IMG/VR virus record: IMGVR_UViG_3300035498_000877
Coordinates: 32,001-96,000 of that record
Length of the DNA: 64,000 bases
Strand: one strand, 5' to 3'
DNA from: a virus
Taxonomy: Duplodnaviria; Caudoviricetes
Shown here: positions 28,166 through 37,563 of the stretch, piece after piece
Layout: each line of letters opens with the position of its first letter
Position numbering within the stretch: the first letter of the stretch is position 1
Program-made: the position numbers and the translations under genes
Notes under the pieces: model-generated
Seen by the model: the letters and a program-made list of their open reading frames with translations, nothing else
Told to the model about the DNA's origin: nothing
Databases searched by the model: none

Positions 28166-28879
28166 ATGAGTGCATTTTATGCTAAGGAAGGAAAGATATA
28201 TGCTTCTGACTATATTGAGATATTTGTTCCAGTATCATTCATTTCAAATGGAATAGCATTGAATAAAGGAGATTCTCTTGAAGTAGTTGGATTATTATAT
28301 GCTCAGCCATATGTAAATGGATCTGCTAAAAACATTCAATTCTTTAATATTCCGACTATTATAAATTTGATGATCTATAATTATACTGAGAGAACTGTTG
28401 ATATTGAAGGAATGAATATCAAATGTATGGTATTAGAATATATGAAAGATGCTTATGTAATGCATCAATCAATAACACAGGGACGAGAAGTTGCTGAAAC
28501 ATTCTTACAGATGGTATTGGCTGGAAAAGTTCCTAAAACAATTTCATACATGAAGTTAATTGATATTTGGTGGAAGAATTTATCTATATCTGGAGTTAAT
28601 TTCAAAGTACCTTCTAAGATATATGAGATGATACTTGCTTCCATCTATAGAAGTCCTAATAATCCAAAAGAAAGATATGGTCAATATATTGGAAGACAGA
28701 ATAATACAACTGGATTGGATTATAAAACTAATAATGTTCGAGAAGTTGTTAAGAATTTATCAACATTCAGTGGAATGGTTTTTGAAGATATGAATGCTAT
28801 GATTACTAATGGAATTAATAATTCAATTAATAATATAGAAGAGCAAGAATCCCCACTTGAAAAGATTATTCACTACTAA
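28166..28879 (+). CDS. Putative RNA polymerase beta' C-terminal (clamp) fragment
   Basis: GVNFKVPSKIYEMILASIYR, STFSGMVFEDMNAMITNGI and ESPLEKII resemble the beta' C-terminal motifs GVxINDKHIEVIVRQM, SFISAASFQETTRVLTEAA and LRGLKENV. Confidence 0.6.
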   Translation: MSAFYAKEGKIYASDYIEIFVPVSFISNGIALNKGDSLEVVGLLYAQPYVNGSAKNIQFFNIPTIINLMIYNYTERTVDIEGMNIKCMVLEYMKDAYVMHQSITQGREVAETFLQMVLAGKVPKTISYMKLIDIWWKNLSISGVNFKVPSKIYEMILASIYRSPNNPKERYGQYIGRQNNTTGLDYKTNNVREVVKNLSTFSGMVFEDMNAMITNGINNSINNIEEQESPLEKIIHY

Positions 28880-28960
28880 TTAACTATTGTAACACTTTAT
28901 TAAAGAGATACTATAGAAATATGAACTCTAAAAATATTAAGTAAAGGAGTGTATAAAAAT

Positions 28961-31453
28961 ATGAGTAATACAGATTCTACAGCTCAGATCATACCATACT
29001 ATTCTCATCCTCACGTTTATACCGTGATTAATGATAATACGTATTATGACGAAACAGTCAATACTGATGTAGCATCAGATACTTCATTACCATATTCAAC
29101 CATGGTAGTCACAGGTGCCGATAAAGGTATTGATAATACTTTTATTAGATTACAAAATCTATCAACAAAGCAAGCTTTATTTGGAGTAGGAAACTTTGCT
29201 AAATATGGTCAGTCTTCTATACAAGCAGATGTATTGTTTAATGGATATACAAATGTTTGGTTCTGCAGAGTATTACCTGATAATGCAACATATGCTAACT
29301 TAGTAGTAGTTGCTTATTATCGTAAAGGAAAGATTCTTGATGAACTTGGACAGGAAACTGGTAAGTCTCGTCTTGAAATTAAGTTTGGTACAGTTAGTGC
29401 TGGTAAACCAACTCTTGAAGAAGGATCTAAGTCAGATGATGATATTGATGCATTTGCCAGATCTTTAGTAACAACAACTGCTGATCCACAGACAGGATAC
29501 ATGTGTGTTCCTTTGTTCTATATAAGAGCAATTGGACGTGGAAAGTATGGAAATAATCTATCAATGAGATTTGGTAGAGATACTGATGCAGAGAAAGAAT
29601 ACAATGGAAAAATGTATGATTTCTATCTCATTAATAATGAGAGTGCAACGGTTGTTTCAAATGTTTTTGCAGGATCATTATATCAGACAACAAAGTATGA
29701 TACATCAACATTGATTGATGATGTTGTATCACAGTATGCAACTGGATCATCTCCTATTGCAGCTAAGACATATGATGAATATCTTGAGAAGATATTTGAG
29801 TATTATCATGAAATAGCTGTTGAGAATTACAACTATATTCAGCAGTCTGGTGCTGCTGAAGCTGATGTTGAAGAAGTTACAGCTGCATTAGCTATTACTG
29901 ATGAACAGTTTGATATCTTATTTGGTAAGGTATTAAATACAAGAACTTCTGAAGAGATTCCTTATTATAGGAATTATACACAGGATCCAGATAATGTATG
30001 GGTTGACCCAGATCTTGAGATACCTGCAACTGAGAGTGCTTCAAAACCACTTAATATTTCTGATTGGACAACAGCATTTGTTGGTGCCAGAGTATTAGTA
30101 GCTTCAGATTCACTCAATGATGGTAAGAGAATGATCTATAAGATTATTTCAATTGATTCTGAAACTGGAAATATCCTTTATGATGAAGGAACAGAAACAG
30201 CTATAGATGCTAACCAGTATGATGGAATTGATTTGACACAGTCTGTTGGCTGGGCTCTTACAAATGGTAGTGATGGTGATTTTGAATCAATTACCGTAAA
30301 TGGTGAGACAAGAGAGCCTTCATCTGCTGAAATGAAATTACTTCTTTCTCGTGAGTATGTTAAAGCTATTCGTGGTGAGAAAGATAGAAGAATCCTTAGT
30401 CCTGCACGTATTGATCTTGATTTCATATTTGATGCAAATTACAATATGACATCTACAGATAGTGTAGCACTTGATACAACTACAATTCCTCTGTATGATA
30501 ATTCGACTGTACTTACTAACCAGGATGCTCAACAGTTAGCAATTCTTGGAACAACTTCAGATTCAACCTTATCATTCTCTGATCTCAATGTTAAGCAAGC
30601 TCTTTATGATCTTAATGAGTTCAGATGTATTAATGGTATGACAGTTGCTAAGCCAAATGTTGGTAGTGCAGGATGCTCATTATATCTTGATTGTGGATTA
30701 GTTGGATCAAAGACTCTTGAAGTTAATTCAGAGTTGAATGCAATCATAGATATGTTTGCAGACTATACAGGAAGACAGACATCAATTGATCTTGGATATT
30801 ATCAGATGTTTGATCCTCTTACAAAGAAGAAAATCAATGTAACAGTTGATTATCTAATTGCACAGGGATTGATTCCTCACATAATCAAGTATGGTTTGAA
30901 TAAGCCATTCGTATATAATTATGCACAGGTAACATCTGTACAGAAGGATACTTCTACAACATCTTCAGGTGCAATGATCAGAGATTCATTTGTACCAGAT
31001 ATTGATCTTATAGATTGGGATGTTAAGGAGAAATTATATACTTCAAGAATTAATTATTGGCTTTCAAAGGATGAAGGTAGAACAGTTCAAAGAGCAGTTC
31101 AGAACACTCGTCAGACAGAAGCTTCTGCACTTCTTGAAGAGAATAATGTTCGTGTACTTAATACTCTTAAGAAAGAGATGGAAGAGGCTTGTAGAGGATA
31201 TCTGTATTCTTGGAATGAACAGGAAGTTCGTAAAGGATTTACAGATGCCCAGATGAAGAAGTTCAGTCCTTGGATTGGAACAATGGTTCAGGATATTGAT
31301 ATCTCATTCGAAGCAAATGAGTGGGAACAGGAACGTATGATCATGCATTGCTATGTATCAGTTAAGTTCCGTGATATAGTTAAGAGAATAATTCTTGAGA
31401 TTAATATTAATCGTCCAGATTATTCGTCATCAAGTGATGGAGGTGAATCATAA
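28961..31453 (+). CDS. Tail sheath protein
   Basis: About 830 aa; WFCRVLPDNATYAN N-terminus, FIFDANY, sheath-type C-terminus (EENNVRVL..VSVKFRDIVKRIILEININR). Confidence 0.88.
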   Translation: MSNTDSTAQIIPYYSHPHVYTVINDNTYYDETVNTDVASDTSLPYSTMVVTGADKGIDNTFIRLQNLSTKQALFGVGNFAKYGQSSIQADVLFNGYTNVWFCRVLPDNATYANLVVVAYYRKGKILDELGQETGKSRLEIKFGTVSAGKPTLEEGSKSDDDIDAFARSLVTTTADPQTGYMCVPLFYIRAIGRGKYGNNLSMRFGRDTDAEKEYNGKMYDFYLINNESATVVSNVFAGSLYQTTKYDTSTLIDDVVSQYATGSSPIAAKTYDEYLEKIFEYYHEIAVENYNYIQQSGAAEADVEEVTAALAITDEQFDILFGKVLNTRTSEEIPYYRNYTQDPDNVWVDPDLEIPATESASKPLNISDWTTAFVGARVLVASDSLNDGKRMIYKIISIDSETGNILYDEGTETAIDANQYDGIDLTQSVGWALTNGSDGDFESITVNGETREPSSAEMKLLLSREYVKAIRGEKDRRILSPARIDLDFIFDANYNMTSTDSVALDTTTIPLYDNSTVLTNQDAQQLAILGTTSDSTLSFSDLNVKQALYDLNEFRCINGMTVAKPNVGSAGCSLYLDCGLVGSKTLEVNSELNAIIDMFADYTGRQTSIDLGYYQMFDPLTKKKINVTVDYLIAQGLIPHIIKYGLNKPFVYNYAQVTSVQKDTSTTSSGAMIRDSFVPDIDLIDWDVKEKLYTSRINYWLSKDEGRTVQRAVQNTRQTEASALLEENNVRVLNTLKKEMEEACRGYLYSWNEQEVRKGFTDAQMKKFSPWIGTMVQDIDISFEANEWEQERMIMHCYVSVKFRDIVKRIILEININRPDYSSSSDGGES

Positions 31454-32532
31454 TGGCTATTCCTGGAGTAATTACAGCTCAGACTGGTGGTCGTCAATTT
31501 GATGCCCCTGATTTGACAAAATATTCTATGTTTGTGGGTGGTACAAATGCAACTCATCATGCATTAAAGAATTATTCTCCATTGCTTAATGGCTTTGGTA
31601 GATTATTCATGGTTAGACCACCTTATGCTATTCTTAAAATGTTTGCTGGCTCAGATGCCAACTTATATTCATCAGATAATCTGTTTATACAGTTTAAGCA
31701 TATGATGGAGTATATGAATAAGTCTGTAACTGGTTTTGGTGATAAAACACTTGAAAATGCTTCTACAGCTATTCAAGGTGGATTTGCTGGTAGATCATTT
31801 AATACTCCTACAGTAACTAAGGAGACAACACAGGAAATTACAATTGGTTTGTATGAAATGGTTGGTGCTCCTGTATATACAGTTATTGATGGTTGGATGA
31901 ATGCTATTGGTGATGAGAATTCAGGTCTTGCTACTTATGGTGGATTCATCTCAGGTGGTCAAGATTCTAATGGTCTTGAGAAGAGATTATATATGAGATC
32001 TTCTGAGACAGATGAAGGTATTGCATTCAATGAGTCTAATCATACAGCAGAATGTATTTATGTAATGCATGATCGTTCTGGTGCACAGGTAGAACGTGCA
32101 GTACTTCTTGCAGATATGTATCCAAAGGCAATCTCTCAGTCAAAGATTCTTGACATGGGTGAGGGTGGATCACATGATAATGTAACATATGATATTGCAT
32201 TCAACTGTGTAGTCTATAGGTCTCCTATTATTACAGCAATTGCAAATGATCTTTTGAAGCAGTATAGAATTGTATCTAATTCACTTAACTTCAATCCTGA
32301 ACTTGGTGATGCTATTTATGGTGCAAACAATACTAGCTTATTCCAGAGATCACTTGGTGCTGTTCCAGTTGATAGTGCTACAGGTACTAATATTGGTAAT
32401 ACACCTGCATTCTATGCTACTAACACTCCTAAGACAGTTACTTCTGATCTTGTGGATATTAATGAAGGTAAACTTGCAGGTCAGTCTGGTCGTACGGTTA
32501 GCAATGATTGGTCTAACTTCGTATCTGAATAA
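31453..32532 (+). CDS. Tail tube protein
   Basis: Coupled (TAATG) to the sheath gene; beta-rich; ERAVLLADMYP motif. Confidence 0.75.
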   Translation: MAIPGVITAQTGGRQFDAPDLTKYSMFVGGTNATHHALKNYSPLLNGFGRLFMVRPPYAILKMFAGSDANLYSSDNLFIQFKHMMEYMNKSVTGFGDKTLENASTAIQGGFAGRSFNTPTVTKETTQEITIGLYEMVGAPVYTVIDGWMNAIGDENSGLATYGGFISGGQDSNGLEKRLYMRSSETDEGIAFNESNHTAECIYVMHDRSGAQVERAVLLADMYPKAISQSKILDMGEGGSHDNVTYDIAFNCVVYRSPIITAIANDLLKQYRIVSNSLNFNPELGDAIYGANNTSLFQRSLGAVPVDSATGTNIGNTPAFYATNTPKTVTSDLVDINEGKLAGQSGRTVSNDWSNFVSE

Positions 32533-32542
32533 TTAATAATAA

Positions 32543-32568
32543 AAGAGAGGGATATTAATCCCTCTCTT
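32543..32568 (+). terminator. Intrinsic terminator
   Basis: AAGAGAGGGAT-ATTA-ATCCCTCTCTT followed by a T-rich tract. Confidence 0.8.
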
Positions 32569-32608
32569 TATTTTAACCGTTTTATTAAAAAGAAAGGAAG
32601 TGAATATC

Positions 32609-32821
32609 ATGAAAATAACATGTCCAAAATGTGGCAGTGATAATATTATATCAGTTAATAATTCTCATTATATATGTAATAATCAATCTTGTATGAAAAG
32701 AAATGGAACCAAGGTCCAATTTAAAATAGTCTATGATAAAGGAATTAAATTTCCATATAATCAAATATTTGTAGATAGATCAGAAAAAGAATTTTTCAAT
32801 AAACCTTATCTAGTAATATAA
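32609..32821 (+). CDS. Small zinc-ribbon protein
   Basis: CPKC..CNNQSC. Confidence 0.65.
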   Translation: MKITCPKCGSDNIISVNNSHYICNNQSCMKRNGTKVQFKIVYDKGIKFPYNQIFVDRSEKEFFNKPYLVI

Positions 32822-32834
32822 AAAGAAAGAGGAG

Positions 32835-33398
32835 TTAATCCTCTTTCTTTTTTTCTGTTATATTTGGATTCAAATAATATGATGGTAATTTAGCTCTATA
32901 TTTTGAACATACAACAAATGTTGGTTTCCATATTAAAGATGTTGGCCATGTTCCTTCAGATTTCTGTTCATCATATGCATCTATTATATTATCAATTGAT
33001 TTTTTGGTTTGTTCTTCAACAGCACACAAAGATGAATAAGCACATGTATCACAGATATAATTTATCTTTTTCTGATATTTAATATCTAATACTTTATCTA
33101 AGCTAAAATATTCACCTTCATATCCATATTCACATGGAGCAATATATCCCTCATCATGTTCATCATCTTCAATTGGTAACATATCTTTACTGATAAATGT
33201 ACCATAGAAATCAACCAGTATATCTTTATTATATTTATATCGACATGGGGTTCCATCAGATGAAGAATCACCTAGTTCATATAAATTATATTCAGCTGGT
33301 ATACTATTTCTTTCAATTCTGCTATCGCAGAAATATCCATCTACTCCTTTAATATTCATTTTACACCAGTCTTTTATTTCCATTGCATTATATCTCAT
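32835..33398 (-). CDS. Protein with LPD28-like N-terminal domain and Cys-containing C-terminus
   Basis: FCDSRIERNSIP..YNLYEL..DGTP..VDFYGTFIS resembles large-polyvalent-protein domain 28; C-terminal CDTC..C..C. Confidence 0.6.
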   Translation of the reverse strand: MRYNAMEIKDWCKMNIKGVDGYFCDSRIERNSIPAEYNLYELGDSSSDGTPCRYKYNKDILVDFYGTFISKDMLPIEDDEHDEGYIAPCEYGYEGEYFSLDKVLDIKYQKKINYICDTCAYSSLCAVEEQTKKSIDNIIDAYDEQKSEGTWPTSLIWKPTFVVCSKYRAKLPSYYLNPNITEKKKED

Positions 33399-33400
33399 AT

Positions 33401-33535
33401 TTATATCCTTTCTTTTACTATTTTATACATTCCTCTAGCTTCTTTAAGCAGTTTCTTCTTTTTCTTTTTACATTTTTCTTTGTAGATTTTTTCTTTAGGA
33501 TTTTCTTCAAATTTTATTTTTTCAGGTTCATACAT
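33401..33535 (-). CDS. Small basic protein (44 aa, not in ORF track)
   Basis: MYEPEKIKFEENPKEKIYKEKCKKKKKKLLKEARGMYKIVKERI* with GAAAGGATG RBS; stop lies 2 nt before the next start. Confidence 0.55.
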   Translation of the reverse strand: MYEPEKIKFEENPKEKIYKEKCKKKKKKLLKEARGMYKIVKERI

Positions 33536-33610
33536 TTTATCACATCCTTTCTATATTTATAATATATAATTATACTTATATTTAAAAAATTAAAAAGGAG
33601 GTTTTATATT

Positions 33611-34003
33611 ATGCATGAAACCATTAATTTGACACCTGTTATTGGAGCAATACTTGTATGTATCATATTTCCTCTTGTTGCTACTGGAGTAAAATATTTA
33701 TCAAGTAAAGCATCTGAAGAAAAGCTAGCAGAGATTTCACAATATGTACATATTGCTGTAACAGCAGCAGAACAATTATATCAGTCTGGTCAGATAAAAC
33801 GTGAAGAGCGTCATGAATATGTTGAATCAGTTTTAAAATCTAAAGGTATTGATATTGATTTAGATGAGATCGATGCATTAATAGAAAGTAATGTATTATA
33901 TTTGCCTAAATTACTATCACCTGTAGAATCTGTAACAGCTGAATTATCAGAAGTTAAAAATGATGATGAATCAACAACTTCAAAAGAAAATACAACTGAA
34001 TAA
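33611..34003 (+). CDS. Holin, LL-H family-like
   Basis: Single N-terminal TM helix, AVTAAEQLY, IDALIESNV. Confidence 0.8.
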   Translation: MHETINLTPVIGAILVCIIFPLVATGVKYLSSKASEEKLAEISQYVHIAVTAAEQLYQSGQIKREERHEYVESVLKSKGIDIDLDEIDALIESNVLYLPKLLSPVESVTAELSEVKNDDESTTSKENTTE

Positions 34004-34033
34004 TAGAAGAGGGATCTTAATCCCTCTTCTATT
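34002..34033. terminator. Bidirectional terminator (holin / RT)
   Basis: AATAGAAGAGGGAT-CTTA-ATCCCTCTTCTATT. Confidence 0.85.
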
Positions 34034-34035
34034 TA

Positions 34036-35199
34036 TTATATTTCTAAATATTCTAAATCATTTTCATGAATTAGCTCATAAATATAATTATAAAATTCAG
34101 GATCATCTTTTTTAATATTTTTAAGTTTCTTTTTAAAATTCTTATATTTATCATTTTCTGATATTTTAGAATGACATAATTCTATATCTACATATGGTTC
34201 AACAAAACCTTTCACCATATAATATATATCACAGTGATTTAGATTGCCCATGTATGATTCAATAGCTCTAGCATCAATTAATCGGATTCTATGATTTTTA
34301 TTAATTGTCATTGCTCTTCTAGTAAATCTCAGCATTGTTGATTTTCTAAGTTCTGTTCTATCCCTAAAAAATCTAAACCCGATAAAATCAAGATCTCTAC
34401 CATAATGAACACCATTTTGAATATAATCAAATCTAAATAATTGATAATTATGCTTTAATTCTAAATGTAAATTATCTTTTACATAATCTTGTATATTATA
34501 AAGCACATTATGTAATTTATATTTATTAGAATCAAATAAAGCCATATCATCCATAAATCTAGCATAGTGAGTAACTCCACACACTTCTTTAATCCAGTGA
34601 TCAAAATCTTGCATATAAAAATTAGCAAACCATTGGGACGTAAAAAAGCCTAATGGGAGACCATGATCTATGGTCCCCAATATGGCTTTAATCAATCTTA
34701 ATACTTTTGCATCTTTAATTTTAGTAGCTAATTTTTCATATAATATATCTTGATCAATAGAATCAAAGAAATGATGTATATCCATTTTAACACAATATTT
34801 TACATGCCGTGGGTCTTCTTTTATCCATTGTTTTATCTTTTTAGCACATTTATGTTGTCCTCTTCCAGGAATTGATGCATATGATAATTCATACATCTGA
34901 GACATTAATACAGGCATAATAGCTTGTATTAACATATGTTGAATTATCAATTCCATATATGTAGGAATATAAAGTTTTCGTTCTTTCTTAGTAGTTGGCT
35001 CAAATATTATTATAGCCGTATGTTCCTTAGGTTCATATGCTTCAGCATATTCAACTATTATAGGATAAAATGTATCAGGGTCATCTAAGATTTTTTGTAC
35101 TGATTCTCTGTCTCTCTTACGTTTTGAGGAATTTTTAATAGCTAATAATACATTCTCATAGCTAATTAAAGTATCCCATAAATTTTTATATGTTTTCAA
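34036..35199 (-). CDS. brt: DGR reverse transcriptase
   Basis: KMDIHHFFDSID, GLPLGFFTSQWFAN (DGR-type SQ), YARFMDD, LDFIGF; adjacent TR. Confidence 0.95.
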   Translation of the reverse strand: MKTYKNLWDTLISYENVLLAIKNSSKRKRDRESVQKILDDPDTFYPIIVEYAEAYEPKEHTAIIIFEPTTKKERKLYIPTYMELIIQHMLIQAIMPVLMSQMYELSYASIPGRGQHKCAKKIKQWIKEDPRHVKYCVKMDIHHFFDSIDQDILYEKLATKIKDAKVLRLIKAILGTIDHGLPLGFFTSQWFANFYMQDFDHWIKEVCGVTHYARFMDDMALFDSNKYKLHNVLYNIQDYVKDNLHLELKHNYQLFRFDYIQNGVHYGRDLDFIGFRFFRDRTELRKSTMLRFTRRAMTINKNHRIRLIDARAIESYMGNLNHCDIYYMVKGFVEPYVDIELCHSKISENDKYKNFKKKLKNIKKDDPEFYNYIYELIHENDLEYLEI

Positions 35200-35375
35200 T
35201 TTTATCTTTTGTTATATAAATATCCAAAAAATGCCTAAAAATCACCTTGGCCACTTTCACCTTTCGGCTACTCACAGCATTTGTCGGGTCAATTTCCACC
35301 GATGGGTGTGGATGATACCGTGCATTATTATCACTTATTCCAATTCCAAAAGTAAGTACTAACTTACTTGTGATT
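35200..35375 (-). ncRNA. DGR spacer (Sp) RNA segment between TR and RT
   Basis: GC-richer segment (CCACACCCATCGGTGGAAAT..GAGTAGCCGAAAGGTGAAAG) in the position where DGR RNA structure and priming elements lie. Confidence 0.55.
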
Positions 35376-35485
35376 TTTAGGAGAGCCGCCGTAGTTCCAG
35401 TTCGAGTCAGAAACCACACCAGAGAGATCCACGCACACCAAGCCCACATGAGACTCATTGTTCGTGTTGCCACCAAATTTCGCGA
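35376..35485 (-). repeat. DGR template repeat (TR)
   Basis: 110-bp ungapped match to 35994-36103 with 13 mismatches, all at adenines of the TR sense strand. Confidence 0.96.
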
Positions 35486-35858
35486 TTCACACAGTACCAC
35501 CCAATATCGTTCCCTGAGCATTTGAAAATTAATAGCAATATACCTGGAATAAAAGATATATAATTTAATAGCTCACATGTCATAGCTCAGATCTTAGAAC
35601 ATTATTTGATATTTATATTTTTGAAACTTCATTAATAGTTACATAAATTATTTTATATAAAATAATTTTGATATAATTAGTAGAGTTCATTTACTCTAAA
35701 AGAAAATATAATATTATATAAATATTATATAAATATTATCTTAATATTTTCTCAATATAAATAAATATATTCTAAATATATCAAAATAATATATAATTAA
35801 ATAATATTGTATATTTTTAAAATATTTTTATTATGAATTTTATAAAAATAAATATAAA

Positions 35859-35887
35859 ATATCGAGGGAGATAATCTCCCTCGATAT
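35859..35887. terminator. Perfect inverted repeat downstream of the DGR target
   Basis: ATATCGAGGGAGA-TAA-TCTCCCTCGATAT. Confidence 0.65.
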
Positions 35888-35911
35888 GATATCTTGATTT
35901 TTTATTATATA

Positions 35912-35947
35912 AGAGGGGACACAATAGTTTCCCCTCTCACTTCGTGA
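35912..35947 (-). promoter_or_regulatory. Hairpin(s) 3' of VR, candidate DGR target-recognition cruciform
   Basis: AGAGGGGA-N10-TCCCCTCT and TCAC-TTC-GTGA lie 20-60 bp past the target stop codon. Confidence 0.55.
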
Positions 35948-35969
35948 TTCACCCTTTACAGATTTTCAT

Positions 35970-37493
35970 CTAAGCTGTCTTTTTAGGTAAACATTTAGGA
36001 GAGCCGCCGTAGGCCCAGAACGAGGCAGAAACCACACCAGAGAGATCCACGCACACCAAGCCCACAGGAGACTCAACGCTCGTGTCGCCACCAAAGGCCG
36101 CGACATCTACTTGAGAGTTGTTAAACCAAGCTCCAGATGTATAATAAGTTGACGCACTACCAGATACCTCTTTAATGAATATACCATTTTCAGTAAATGT
36201 CATACTCTTTAGATAACCACCATTAGTACCAGATGGTGTAGAACCAATATTAATATATCCATCACCAGTAAAGTTATATCCTTCTACTGTACTACCATCT
36301 TCGGTACCATAAGTAAGTTTTACTAACTGAGTACCTTTATTATTTATTAATCCATACATCCATCTCCATATATTACCCCAGAAATTCTCAATACCAAATA
36401 TTTTAACACCTGATACATTATCTGTTGTACCCCAGAATAAACCTTTTTGATCCATAGTACCTGATTTAATTTGTCCAGTATTAGAAGTAGATTTATAAGA
36501 ATTATTATTACCTCTACCAAATGCTGTTTTAGAATCAGTAGTCTTGCTAATTAATAGTGATAATAGTACTATTAATAACCAATCACTATATGTATTCATA
36601 CTCCATATATTGTCACCATTTTGATTATTTGCAGCTGCATATTCAGCAGTCTGTGTTGCATTAATATAATTGGCTACTGATAAACCGCTGATAGATCTTA
36701 ATACACTATCTACATTACTACCATCATATGCTGGCATATACATATATGGTACTTCATCGCCATAATTGTTTATATGAGCCCATGCATGATAATTAGTATC
36801 TACTTGTTTATTTGATATATAAACATTTACACTATCATCTGTTTGTAATACAAGTTTAAAATATACCTTTGGTATACCAACCATTACATTACCTGCAACA
36901 GTAGTATCTGAATTATATGCATCCTCTCCACTAATAGTTTTAGTATAATCATTTGGATCTAATAGATATGCCTCAGTACCATCATAATTCAACATGCATG
37001 GTCTAAGATTCTTTATAAAGAATGCATTACCCCAATCACCATAATCAAATACATCATTATCATAATCCATATGTGCTGCAGTATAATTTGTATTTTGGCC
37101 AATATATGATATCATACTATTAGGATCAGATGTCGATTGATTAAGATTGAATCCATATATTTCAGCATCCCTAATAGTTACTGTTCCAGTGTTTGAATCA
37201 CTATTAACCTCGATTACCATTTTGCTAATTAAATCATTGAACATTGTAGAAATATAATCATCTAATCCCAAATTATCCCTACCAAATTGCTTCTCTTCAT
37301 CAGTCAAATTTTGTTCTTCTGTAACATCTAATGCTTTATAATTTTCCACATTATCCAATCCAATATCGGATTTAGTAATATTATGTGGATTTGATGCTTG
37401 TATATGTTTTTCTATTCTAGTCTTACTATCCTTTTTACTTAATTTAACTAAATCACGAATTGAATTGGTACCAATATACTTATTATTACTCAT
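35970..37493 (-). CDS. DGR target protein: putative tail fibre/receptor-binding protein with C-terminal CLec-like domain
   Basis: NPHNITKSDIGLDNVEN fibre motif; FGIENFWGNIWRW (Mtd/FGE-like CLec motif); VR in the final codons. Confidence 0.9.
   Translation of the reverse strand: MSNNKYIGTNSIRDLVKLSKKDSKTRIEKHIQASNPHNITKSDIGLDNVENYKALDVTEEQNLTDEEKQFGRDNLGLDDYISTMFNDLISKMVIEVNSDSNTGTVTIRDAEIYGFNLNQSTSDPNSMISYIGQNTNYTAAHMDYDNDVFDYGDWGNAFFIKNLRPCMLNYDGTEAYLLDPNDYTKTISGEDAYNSDTTVAGNVMVGIPKVYFKLVLQTDDSVNVYISNKQVDTNYHAWAHINNYGDEVPYMYMPAYDGSNVDSVLRSISGLSVANYINATQTAEYAAANNQNGDNIWSMNTYSDWLLIVLLSLLISKTTDSKTAFGRGNNNSYKSTSNTGQIKSGTMDQKGLFWGTTDNVSGVKIFGIENFWGNIWRWMYGLINNKGTQLVKLTYGTEDGSTVEGYNFTGDGYINIGSTPSGTNGGYLKSMTFTENGIFIKEVSGSASTYYTSGAWFNNSQVDVAAFGGDTSVESPVGLVCVDLSGVVSASFWAYGGSPKCLPKKTA
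35994..36103 (-). repeat. DGR variable repeat (VR)
   Basis: Encodes AAFGGDTSVESPVGLVCVDLSGVVSASFWAYGGSPK versus TR AKFGGNTNNESHVGLVCVDLSGVVSDSNWNYGGSPK. Confidence 0.96.
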
Positions 37494-37563
37494 ATTAATA
37501 CCATTCCTTTCATAATTAAATATGTTTATATAGCTATTATAAAAATGTAGGATACATCTTTAC

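Noticed and set aside
35186-35521. 111-aa ORF over TR as a candidate Avd
   Set aside because: It is an off-frame reading of TR and spacer RNA, Trp-rich, with no RBS and no Avd-like helical pattern.
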